A stretch of DNA of 64,000 nucleotides from Flavobacterium sp. GTDB lineage: Bacteria; Bacteroidota; Bacteroidia; Flavobacteriales; Flavobacteriaceae. The stretch is from the NCBI RefSeq assembly GCF_965657075.1, contig NZ_CBFHMV010000001.1:191647-255646 (forward strand), written 5' to 3'. A program made the position numbers and the translations under genes. The notes beneath the pieces were generated by a model. The model saw nothing but the letters and a program-made list of their open reading frames with translations, made no database searches and was not told the DNA's origin. Shown one piece after another: positions 1 to 7,597 of the stretch (the stretch's first letter is position 1; every line of letters begins with the position of its first letter).

Positions 1-536
1 CTGTGACAGATATGTTGAAAAAATTATCCGAGAAAGATTTAGTAAAGTATAAAAAATACCAAGGAGCTTCTTTAACAGATAAAGGAACTTTGACTGCCAA
101 AATGATTGTTAGAAAACATCGTTTATGGGAAGTTTTTTTGGTAGACAAATTAAATTTTTCATGGGATGAGGTACATGAAATAGCAGAAGAATTAGAACAC
201 ATTCAATCAGCTAAATTAATCAATAAGCTAGATGCTTTTTTAGATTTTCCTGAGTTTGATCCACATGGTGATCCTATTCCTAATGAAAATGGAGAAATTA
301 AGAAAGTTCAAAAACAACTATTAATAGATGCAAAAGTCAATGTTTCCTATAAATGTGTTGGAGTTAAAGATTCTTCAACAGAATTTTTACAATATTTAGA
401 TAAACAAAAAATTGCCTTAGGTTCTACTTTTAAGATTATTGAGAAAGACACTTTTGACGATATTCTTCATGTTGAAATCAACGGCAAAAAGATTACCATT
501 TCGAATAAAATAGCTACTAATTTATACGTACACTAA
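1..536 (+). CDS. DtxR/MntR-family metal-dependent transcriptional repressor (5' end cut by window edge)
   Basis: Frame is open to base 1. DtxR-type motifs RKHRLWEVFLV, EVHEIAEELEHI and DPHGDPIP, plus a C-terminal FeoA/SH3-like barrel. Stop lies 2 nt before the ZIP transporter ATG. Confidence 0.85.
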   Translation, partial: VTDMLKKLSEKDLVKYKKYQGASLTDKGTLTAKMIVRKHRLWEVFLVDKLNFSWDEVHEIAEELEHIQSAKLINKLDAFLDFPEFDPHGDPIPNENGEIKKVQKQLLIDAKVNVSYKCVGVKDSSTEFLQYLDKQKIALGSTFKIIEKDTFDDILHVEINGKKITISNKIATNLYVH

Positions 537-538
537 TT

Positions 539-1357
539 ATGTTTCAAGATGTATTAACCTATTTCGAAAGCATAGATCCTATTTTAGCGGCTCTTTATGC
601 TACACTTTTTACTTGGTTTTTAACCGCTTTAGGAGCTTCATTTGTGTTCTTTTTTAAAGGAATGAACCGAACATTTTTTGATGGAATGCTTGGTTTTACG
701 GGTGGAGTTATGGTTGCTGCCAGTTTCTGGAGTTTATTGGCACCATCTATAGAAATGAGTGAAGGAGATGGATTTGTAAAAGTAATTCCAGCTGCGGTTG
801 GTTTTGCCTTAGGAGCACTTTTTATTTTTGGGTTGGATAAAATTTTGCCTCACGTTCACATTAATTTTAAAGAAACTGAAGGTATTAAATCCCCTTGGCA
901 GAAAACAACTTTATTGGTTTTAGCCATAACATTACATAATATCCCAGAAGGATTAGCGGTTGGTGTTTTGTTTGGTGGTGTGGCTGCTGGAATTCCAGAA
1001 GCTTCTATTGCTGGAGCAGTTACTTTAGCCATCGGAATTGGAATTCAAAATTTCCCTGAAGGAATTGCAGTTTCTATGCCTTTGAGAAGAATGGGAATGA
1101 GCAGAAGGAAAAGTTTTATGTATGGACAATCTTCTGCATTGGTTGAACCTATTGCTGGGGTTTTAGGTGCCGTTGCAGTTACCTTTTTTACACCTTTATT
1201 ACCTTATGCTTTAGCTTTTGCAGCGGGCGCTATGATATTTGTAGTTGTGGAAGAAGTAATTCCAGAAACGCAACAAGCCAATAACACCGATATTGCTACT
1301 TTAGGTTTTATAGGTGGATTTATTGTAATGATGACTTTAGATGTGGCTTTGGGGTAA
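539..1357 (+). CDS. ZIP-family divalent metal transporter (ZupT/GufA-like)
   Basis: Polytopic hydrophobic protein with duplicated ZIP signatures HNIPEGLAVG and QNFPEGIAVS. Apparently co-transcribed with the DtxR-family gene. Confidence 0.85.
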   Translation: MFQDVLTYFESIDPILAALYATLFTWFLTALGASFVFFFKGMNRTFFDGMLGFTGGVMVAASFWSLLAPSIEMSEGDGFVKVIPAAVGFALGALFIFGLDKILPHVHINFKETEGIKSPWQKTTLLVLAITLHNIPEGLAVGVLFGGVAAGIPEASIAGAVTLAIGIGIQNFPEGIAVSMPLRRMGMSRRKSFMYGQSSALVEPIAGVLGAVAVTFFTPLLPYALAFAAGAMIFVVVEEVIPETQQANNTDIATLGFIGGFIVMMTLDVALG

Positions 1358-1380
1358 AGTATACTTCTATATTTAAAAAC

Positions 1381-1421
1381 AAAAAGGCCTAAGAGTATAT
1401 TTCTTAGACCTTTTTGTTTTT
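1381..1421. terminator. Bidirectional intrinsic terminator between convergent genes
   Basis: aaaaaggcctaaga / tcttagaccttttt pair at 13 of 14 positions with a 7-nt loop. An A-run lies upstream and a T-run downstream. Confidence 0.7.
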
Positions 1422-3651
1422 AAATTTTTACTCCAATTGAAATATAAAATGTTCGTCCTTCTCCAGGCAAAATTCCTGGTCCTGGATAGCCACTAGCTCT
1501 TCTGGTAGCATAATTTTCGTTTGTTATGTTGTTAATTCCGGTACGAATGTTATATTTTTTTAAGAATTTATATTCAGAAGAAAAATCTAATAGGTTATAA
1601 CCTTCAAGCAAACCCGTTGTTCCATTTGCAGAAGGAGTTCTTGTATTATTTGCATCAGTAAATATTAAACCCGACATTTTATATTGTAAAGTTGTTGAAA
1701 TATGATTATTACTCCATGAAATTCCAAAATTATGAATATACCTTGGCGCATTCTCCACCCGATTTCCGTCAAGATTACTTTCTGTAACTTGAATGTTTGG
1801 TGCAGAACCAGAAGTAGTGAAAGTTTTAAAATCAGTATAACGAGAATCTATAAAACTCATTGTAGCAAAAATATCTAAGTTTCCATAAGGTTTATCGATG
1901 CCAAATAAACCAGTTGCATTTAAGTTTATAAATGATTCAATTCCTTTGTTAATTGTTTCTCCTAAATTAGTTCTGAAAAGAAAAGTACCTTGTGTTGGGT
2001 CGTTGTTAATAAATTGTCTAACACCACCAATTCTATTATTGTAGCTTAAATAAAATAAACTTACATCAAAATTTAAAATATTTTTAAATGTTCCTCTGTA
2101 ACCAAAATCAGCATTAAAACCATCTGCGTCTTTTAGATTTGGATCTATTATATCTGTAACCGCTGGAGGAGTTAAGTCAGAAAACAATACGGGTCTATAG
2201 GCTTGCGTTACATTAGCATATAAATTTGTTGCTCTGAACTTATACTCTAAACCAATTCCAAACAGCGGTTTTGATCTGGATAGTTCTCTATTTTCTAATA
2301 CAACAGGAGATGAATTTTGTACTCCAAATTGACCTTTTGCTGTTGAATTTATTTGTTCAAAACGGACACCAGGTGTGACACTAAAATGATCCGTTACTTT
2401 TACTTGATTTTCTGCAAAAAAAGCAAAGTTTTGAGTTGTAAAATTTAAAGCTCTTGCAAATTCTTCAAAAACGGTTAAATCAAAATCAGAGCCAGTAGTT
2501 CCTTTTCCTTGTTGAAGTCTTACAGTATTTGCCTTATAATATCTAATTCCAAAAGCTAAATTATTAGCTGTTTTTCCTAACTTGTATTGGTAGATGCTTC
2601 TTGTTTCTAAACCATAATTTTCATATTTATCTCTATCGACCCTTCTGTTTTCGTATTGATTTGTGGTAGGATTTATAGCATCTTCATTATTAGGAGTTGC
2701 TGTAAAACCAACACTATTTCGTTCTGCCAATAATCCAAATAACTTGGTGTTAAAACTCCAATTATTTCTAAATTTAGTGTCAAAATTTACTGAAAATACA
2801 TTCCAAGGAGTCCCAAACCAATTTCTTTCTCTTAACGATTGTCTAGAATTTTCTGCAAATTGTTCATCGGTTAGTCCACCAGCTTGTTGCATTTCATAGT
2901 CCATATTAGTATATTCTGCCGAAATTTTGGTTTTTTCGGTAAAACGATACTCTATAAAAGCATGGGTATTTCTTACAGAATAGTTGCTATTTTCTCTCCA
3001 ACCGTCACCACTTCTTGAATGATTGTATAAGTAATATGAGAATTTATTATAATTTCCACCAATAGCATTATAAGAGCTCATAAGTCCATAACTTCCTACT
3101 GTATTTTGTGTCTCAAAAGAGAACTTTTTCTTTGTTTCACGTTTTAAAACGTAATTTAACATTCCACCAAATTGTGGGCCAAATTGTAATGACGAACCTC
3201 CACGAACTAATTCTATTGTTTCAACAGCTTCTAATGGTGGATTGTAGTAAGCTTCAGGATATCCAAAAACATCTGAAGAAATATCATAACCATTTTGTCT
3301 GGTGTTTAATTCCCAACTTCTGTTTGGACTCAAACCTCTAACTCCAACATTAATTTGAATTCCAGATCCTTCATTTTCCCATACGGTTACTCCGGGAACT
3401 CTTGAAAAAATTTCCCTTGCATTGTTTGTGGTAAAATTCCCGTTGATATTTGATAATTTTAGCACTTCATTTTTTTTCCCAGAATATAAAACATTGTCCT
3501 TTTTTTCGGGCATACGCTCAGGACTTTGCTGTTTTGCGGTTAGAATTATTGTATTTAAAACTTTAATACTATCATTCAATTCCAAATCATTTTCTTGACT
3601 GTAACTAGCAAAGAATAAAAAAAATGGGATAATTTTTAAAAAAGACTTCAT
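1420..3651 (-). CDS. TonB-dependent outer-membrane receptor (probable metal/siderophore uptake)
   Basis: Signal peptide, plug-domain motifs (VPGVTVWENEGSG, GVRGLSPNRS, ELVRGGSSLQFG) and a long C-terminal beta-barrel. Sits in a metal-transport neighbourhood. Confidence 0.85.
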   Translation of the reverse strand: MKSFLKIIPFFLFFASYSQENDLELNDSIKVLNTIILTAKQQSPERMPEKKDNVLYSGKKNEVLKLSNINGNFTTNNAREIFSRVPGVTVWENEGSGIQINVGVRGLSPNRSWELNTRQNGYDISSDVFGYPEAYYNPPLEAVETIELVRGGSSLQFGPQFGGMLNYVLKRETKKKFSFETQNTVGSYGLMSSYNAIGGNYNKFSYYLYNHSRSGDGWRENSNYSVRNTHAFIEYRFTEKTKISAEYTNMDYEMQQAGGLTDEQFAENSRQSLRERNWFGTPWNVFSVNFDTKFRNNWSFNTKLFGLLAERNSVGFTATPNNEDAINPTTNQYENRRVDRDKYENYGLETRSIYQYKLGKTANNLAFGIRYYKANTVRLQQGKGTTGSDFDLTVFEEFARALNFTTQNFAFFAENQVKVTDHFSVTPGVRFEQINSTAKGQFGVQNSSPVVLENRELSRSKPLFGIGLEYKFRATNLYANVTQAYRPVLFSDLTPPAVTDIIDPNLKDADGFNADFGYRGTFKNILNFDVSLFYLSYNNRIGGVRQFINNDPTQGTFLFRTNLGETINKGIESFINLNATGLFGIDKPYGNLDIFATMSFIDSRYTDFKTFTTSGSAPNIQVTESNLDGNRVENAPRYIHNFGISWSNNHISTTLQYKMSGLIFTDANNTRTPSANGTTGLLEGYNLLDFSSEYKFLKKYNIRTGINNITNENYATRRASGYPGPGILPGEGRTFYISIGVKI

Positions 3652-3844
3652 TTTTATTTAGATTAATTCTACATTGTAAAGATATGTCCTTGTTTTTATT
3701 TAGACAAATTACAAATAGTTAAAATATAAATAAAATTTGGAAGCTATTGAAAATCAATAATTAGCAAATAAAGTTTAACATTTGTTCAAATTTAAATGAG
3801 CTTCATACTGATGAAAAAAAATCAAGTTTATCATGTAATCGCTA

Positions 3845-3967
3845 CTAATGACAAGCACAATCATCACCACAAGATTTTGATTTTTTGGCAGATTTTTTCC
3901 AGAAGAATTTTTTAAGTAAAAATCCTACTGCTATAAAAAGGGCTATGTAAACTAATATTTCTTGCAT
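3845..3967 (-). CDS. FeoB-associated Cys-rich small membrane protein (40 aa)
   Basis: MQEILVYIALFIAVGFLLKKFFWKKSAKKSKSCGDDCACH: one TM helix, a basic stretch and a C-terminal CxxxCxC. Its ATG (3965-3967) overlaps the feoB TAA by 1 nt. The 68-aa track ORF is an artificial upstream extension into feoB. Confidence 0.75.
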   Translation of the reverse strand: MQEILVYIALFIAVGFLLKKFFWKKSAKKSKSCGDDCACH

Positions 3968-6078
3968 TATTTTAAGAATTGATAAGCAATTAATGACACA
4001 ACATAAGCAAATCCACTCATAACTATTAGTTGAACAACAGGCCATTTCCAAGAATTGGTTTCTTTTTTCACTATGGCTAACGTACTAATACATTGCATTG
4101 CAAATGCGTAAAATAATAATAAAGAAATTCCGGTAGCAAAATTAAAAACTTTTTCACCTGTTATTGGATTTATTTCAGCTTGCATTCTGTTTTTGATGGT
4201 TTTTTCCATATCATCATCGCTTCCTCCAACGCTGTAAATGGTTGCTAATGTACCTACAAAAACTTCACGAGCAGCAAACGAACTCACCACAGCAATTCCT
4301 ATTTTCCAATCATAACCCAATGGTTTAATGGCTGGTTCAATTGCTTTTCCGATAATTCCAATGTAAGAATGTTCTAATTTATAAGTGTTAATTTTTGTTT
4401 CAATTTCATATGAAGTGAACTCCGAATCACTAACTGTTACTTCTTTAGTAATGATTTCTTCTGCATTATCAAATTCTTTTGTTGGACCATGTGAACCTAA
4501 AAACCAAAGAATAACTGATAAGGCTAAAATGATTTTTCCAGCTCCAAAAACGAAGGCTTTTGTTTTTTCTAAAACATTGATTCCAACATTTTTAAACATC
4601 GGAATTTTATAGCTTGGCATTTCTACCACAAAATAGGTTTTGCAACTTAATTTTAAAAATTTATCTAACAACCAAGAAGAAAAAATAGCCATAAAGAAAC
4701 CAATTAAATACAGTAACATTAAGGCTAAACCTTGTAAACTAAGGAAACCTAAAACTTTTTCTTCAGGAATTATTAATGAAATTATAATCGCATATACAGG
4801 TAACCTTGCGGAACAAGTTGTAAAAGGTGTTACTAAAATTGTAATTAAACGTTCTTTCCAATTTTCAATATTTCTGGCACTCATTATGGCAGGAATGGCA
4901 CAAGCTGTTCCCGAAATTAGTGGCACAATGCTTTTTCCTGATAAACCGTAACGTCGCATGATTTTATCCATCAAAAAAACAACACGGCTCATATAGCCAC
5001 TTTCTTCTAGAACGGAAATGAATAAAAATAAGAAAGCAATTTGTGGTATAAAAATTACAATTCCTCCAATTCCTGGAATAATTCCTTCACTAATTAAATT
5101 GGTAAATTCCCCAGCAGGCAAATGTGTTTTTGAATAACTAGCTAAATTCGCAAAGGTTTCATCAATAAAATCCATTGGTATTGTAGACCATTCAAAAATA
5201 GATTGAAAAATAGCGAATAGTATGAAGAAGAATATCACATAGCCAAAAACTTTGTGTGTCAAAACTCTGTCTAATTTTGCTTGAATATCTGTGGCTTTTG
5301 ATTGATCTACTTTTTGACCAATTTTTAAAGTGTCGTTTATAAATTGATACCTTTTTATGGTTTCTTTTTGCTGCAAACGTTTTAAATCGGAATGCGATTT
5401 TGTGAACGAACTTTTAATTTCATTTCGTTCTAAATTTAAGAAATTGACATCTTGAGTAATCACCAACCAAAGTTTGTATAACAATTGATTGGGAAATGTT
5501 TTTCTTAATTTATCAAAATATTCAGGATCAATAGAAGACGCATTTAAGCAAGGTTCAACTGAAATTTCTTCGTAGTTAAGTAATAAATTTTTTAACATGT
5601 CAATTCCAGTTTTTTTTCTAGAACTAACTAAAGCAATTTTTGTTTTTAATTCTTGTTCCAAATAAGGAATATCTAATTCAATTCCTTTCAATTTCATTCG
5701 GTCACTCATATTGATGACTAAAATGGTCGGAATTTCTAAGTCCTTAATTTGAGTAAAAAGAAGTAAATTTCGTTTCAAATTTTCTACATCTGAAACTACA
5801 ACAGCTACATCTGGAAAATCTTCGTCTTTCTTATTTAAAAGTAATTCGATAACTACATTTTCATCAATTGAACTTGCATTTAAACTGTAAGTTCCTGGTA
5901 AATCAATTATTTTAGCTCTAACATCATTGGACAATTTAGCAAAACCTTGTTTTTTTTCTACGGTAATTCCAGGATAGTTTCCTACTTGTTGATTTAAACC
6001 CGTAAGTTGATTAAAAACAGATGTTTTTCCAACGTTTGGATTTCCTATTAAAGCAACTTTTATGTTTTTTTGAGCCAT
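3967..6078 (-). CDS. feoB: Ferrous iron transporter FeoB
   Basis: N-terminal G-domain (GNPNVGKTSVFNQLTG, DLPGTYSL, NMSD) followed by a polytopic membrane domain; 703 aa. Confidence 0.95.
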   Translation of the reverse strand: MAQKNIKVALIGNPNVGKTSVFNQLTGLNQQVGNYPGITVEKKQGFAKLSNDVRAKIIDLPGTYSLNASSIDENVVIELLLNKKDEDFPDVAVVVSDVENLKRNLLLFTQIKDLEIPTILVINMSDRMKLKGIELDIPYLEQELKTKIALVSSRKKTGIDMLKNLLLNYEEISVEPCLNASSIDPEYFDKLRKTFPNQLLYKLWLVITQDVNFLNLERNEIKSSFTKSHSDLKRLQQKETIKRYQFINDTLKIGQKVDQSKATDIQAKLDRVLTHKVFGYVIFFFILFAIFQSIFEWSTIPMDFIDETFANLASYSKTHLPAGEFTNLISEGIIPGIGGIVIFIPQIAFLFLFISVLEESGYMSRVVFLMDKIMRRYGLSGKSIVPLISGTACAIPAIMSARNIENWKERLITILVTPFTTCSARLPVYAIIISLIIPEEKVLGFLSLQGLALMLLYLIGFFMAIFSSWLLDKFLKLSCKTYFVVEMPSYKIPMFKNVGINVLEKTKAFVFGAGKIILALSVILWFLGSHGPTKEFDNAEEIITKEVTVSDSEFTSYEIETKINTYKLEHSYIGIIGKAIEPAIKPLGYDWKIGIAVVSSFAAREVFVGTLATIYSVGGSDDDMEKTIKNRMQAEINPITGEKVFNFATGISLLLFYAFAMQCISTLAIVKKETNSWKWPVVQLIVMSGFAYVVSLIAYQFLK

Positions 6079-6079
6079 A

Positions 6080-6313
6080 TTAATTTTGCCCTTTTATGAT
6101 GCTAATTTCTTGTGCTGTTTCCAATCGAATGGCTACATGAGAATCATTAATACAATAATATAATGGATCTCCAAGAGGTGCAATTTGAATTAATTCAATA
6201 CTATTACCAGGCAAGCAACCCATTTCAAGTAACTTTAACGGAATTACGTCAATATTTACCTCTAAAATTGTTGCAATTTCTCCTTTTTTAAGTTGTGTTA
6301 AATTAATTTCCAC
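6080..6313 (-). CDS. feoA: Ferrous iron transport protein FeoA
   Basis: 77-aa SH3-like FeoA domain immediately upstream of feoB (1-nt gap). The start codon appears to be GTG. Confidence 0.85.
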   Translation of the reverse strand: MEINLTQLKKGEIATILEVNIDVIPLKLLEMGCLPGNSIELIQIAPLGDPLYYCINDSHVAIRLETAQEISIIKGQN

Positions 6314-6337
6314 GCTTATTTAGATTGAATTAAAATA

Positions 6338-6345
6338 CAAAAGTA
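6338..6345 (-). promoter_or_regulatory. Candidate -7 promoter box (TActTTTG on minus strand) for feoAB
   Basis: Exact match to the Bacteroidetes TAnnTTTG consensus, 24 nt upstream of the feoA start codon. Confidence 0.4.
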
Positions 6346-6353
6346 TAAATTAA

Positions 6354-6465
6354 TTACTGATTTTTACTGATAAAAGTCATCTTTTAAGATATGTTTATTA
6401 TTTTTTGGAATTAAAAAAGTGTTAAAGTATGAATAACCTGATTCTTATCAGTTTTTTATACTGAT
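6354..6465. promoter_or_regulatory. Cluster of ACTGAT/ATCAGT motifs in the divergent feoA / cytochrome c promoter region (candidate operator)
   Basis: TTACTGAT at 6354-6361 and 6364-6371 (10-bp phasing), CTGAT at 6438-6442, inverted ATCAG at 6447-6451, and TACTGAT at 6459-6465. Confidence 0.45.
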
Positions 6466-6473
6466 TTGTAATG

Positions 6474-6481
6474 TAATTTTG
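6474..6481 (+). promoter_or_regulatory. Candidate -7 promoter box (TAatTTTG) for the cytochrome c gene
   Basis: Exact TAnnTTTG match ending 20 nt upstream of the ATG at 6502. Confidence 0.4.
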
Positions 6482-6501
6482 TACTATTAATTAAATGCAA
6501 A

Positions 6502-6891
6502 ATGAAAAAAGCACTTATTATATTAAGCACATTAACTTTTTTAAGTTGTGGTGAAAACAAAGAGAAAGAAAATTTTGAAACTTCAAAAGGAAATGCAACA
6601 CCAGAAAGTATTGAAAAATCATTATTGAGTGAAGGCAAAGCTATTTTTGAAGGAAAAGGAACATGTACTTCATGTCATCAACCCAATAGAAAAGTAATTG
6701 GTCCAAGTTTAACTGTTATTTCAAAAATTTATAAAGAAAATAACGCAAATATGGTTTCCTTTTTAAAAGGTAAAGGTGAAGCAATTGTTGATCCAAGTCA
6801 GTACGAAATTATGAAAACTAATTTTGCCATCACAAAAAACATGAGTGACGAAGAATTAAAAGCTTTAGAGGCTTACATTTTAAGTTATTAA
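6502..6891 (+). CDS. Small mono-haem c-type cytochrome lipoprotein
   Basis: Lipobox LTFLSC, a single CxxCH haem-binding motif (CTSCH), 129 aa. Confidence 0.8.
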   Translation: MKKALIILSTLTFLSCGENKEKENFETSKGNATPESIEKSLLSEGKAIFEGKGTCTSCHQPNRKVIGPSLTVISKIYKENNANMVSFLKGKGEAIVDPSQYEIMKTNFAITKNMSDEELKALEAYILSY

Positions 6892-6898
6892 AATTGAA

Positions 6899-7597
6899 TT
6901 ATTCTAAAACAAATTTAAAACCAACTCTGGGAATATTTTCAATTCGTACTGCATTTTCATCTTTTATTATTTTTCTTAGCCTTGAGATAAATACATCTAA
7001 ACTTCTGCCCATAAAATAATCGTCTGTTCCCCAAAGAGCAGTTAAAATTTTTTCTCGTTTAAGAACGGTGTTAGGATTTTCTATAAACAATTGCAATAAT
7101 GCCGATTCTCTTTCGGTTAAAGTTATGTTTTTATCTTTGCTTTTTAACTGATAATTTCCAGGTTCAAACTCAAATGAACCAAAAGCGTAAGTTTTTACGG
7201 TTTTGTCACTAGTTTTTTGACTTCGGTTTAAAAAGATTTCGATTTTCAGAATTAATTCTTCAATAGAATAAGGCTTTATTAAATAATCATCAGCACCTAA
7301 TTTCAATCCTTTAATTCGATCTTCTTTCATGGTTTTTGCCGACAGAAAAATAATAGGGATTTCGGTGTTTCTTTTTCGAATTTCTGAAGCAATTTCAAAT
7401 CCATCCATATCTGGCAACATGATATCTAAAACACACAAATCAAAGGTTTGATTGCAAAAAGATTCAAAACCTTCTTTTCCATTAGCACAATGAACCACTT
7501 CAAAATGTTGTTCAAGATTATCGGCTGTTAAAAAAGCTAAAGTTTCGTCATCTTCAACATATAAAATTTTTTTCTTAGTGTTCATGAACGTCTGCAT
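6899..7597 (-). CDS. OmpR/PhoB-family response regulator
   Basis: Receiver domain (ILYVEDDE, VLDIMLPDMDG, SAKT) plus a winged-helix DNA-binding C-terminus. The more likely start is the MNTKKK ATG at 7585. Confidence 0.9.
   Translation of the reverse strand: MQTFMNTKKKILYVEDDETLAFLTADNLEQHFEVVHCANGKEGFESFCNQTFDLCVLDIMLPDMDGFEIASEIRKRNTEIPIIFLSAKTMKEDRIKGLKLGADDYLIKPYSIEELILKIEIFLNRSQKTSDKTVKTYAFGSFEFEPGNYQLKSKDKNITLTERESALLQLFIENPNTVLKREKILTALWGTDDYFMGRSLDVFISRLRKIIKDENAVRIENIPRVGFKFVLE

Noticed and set aside
2663-3341. Plus-strand ORFs of 78 and 77 aa inside the TonB-dependent receptor gene.
   Set aside because: They are antisense shadow ORFs fully embedded in a well-supported long CDS. Their products are low-complexity and Leu/Phe/Ser-rich, typical of AT-rich antisense frames.
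3745-3768. attgaaaatcaataattagcaaat upstream of the TonB-dependent receptor, considered as a Fur box.
   Set aside because: It matches the GATAATGATAATCATTATC consensus at only about half the positions in any register, which is indistinguishable from background in AT-rich DNA. The TACTGAT motif shared with the feo region is the better candidate.
3968-4051. First 28 codons of the 68-aa ORF 3845-4051.
   Set aside because: They lie within the feoB coding sequence in another frame. The conserved-looking peptide begins at the internal ATG that abuts the feoB stop.
4385-4951. Plus-strand ORFs (75 and 103 aa) inside feoB. The same class of embedded ORFs occurs at 7578-7769, 9294-9500, 12529-14151, 16252-16500, 17308-17613, 20244-20514, 21950-22138, 27608-27796, 29547-29753, 31507-33019, 35591-37591, 39157-39450, 41320-41538, 42756-45629, 45882-46067, 48296-49191, 50012-51150, 53789-55857, 58614-58829, 61239-61436 and 62322-62612.
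   Set aside because: All are antisense to, or out of frame within, longer CDSs with clear family signatures. None has a recognisable motif, a signal peptide with matching context, or its own promoter/terminator pair.
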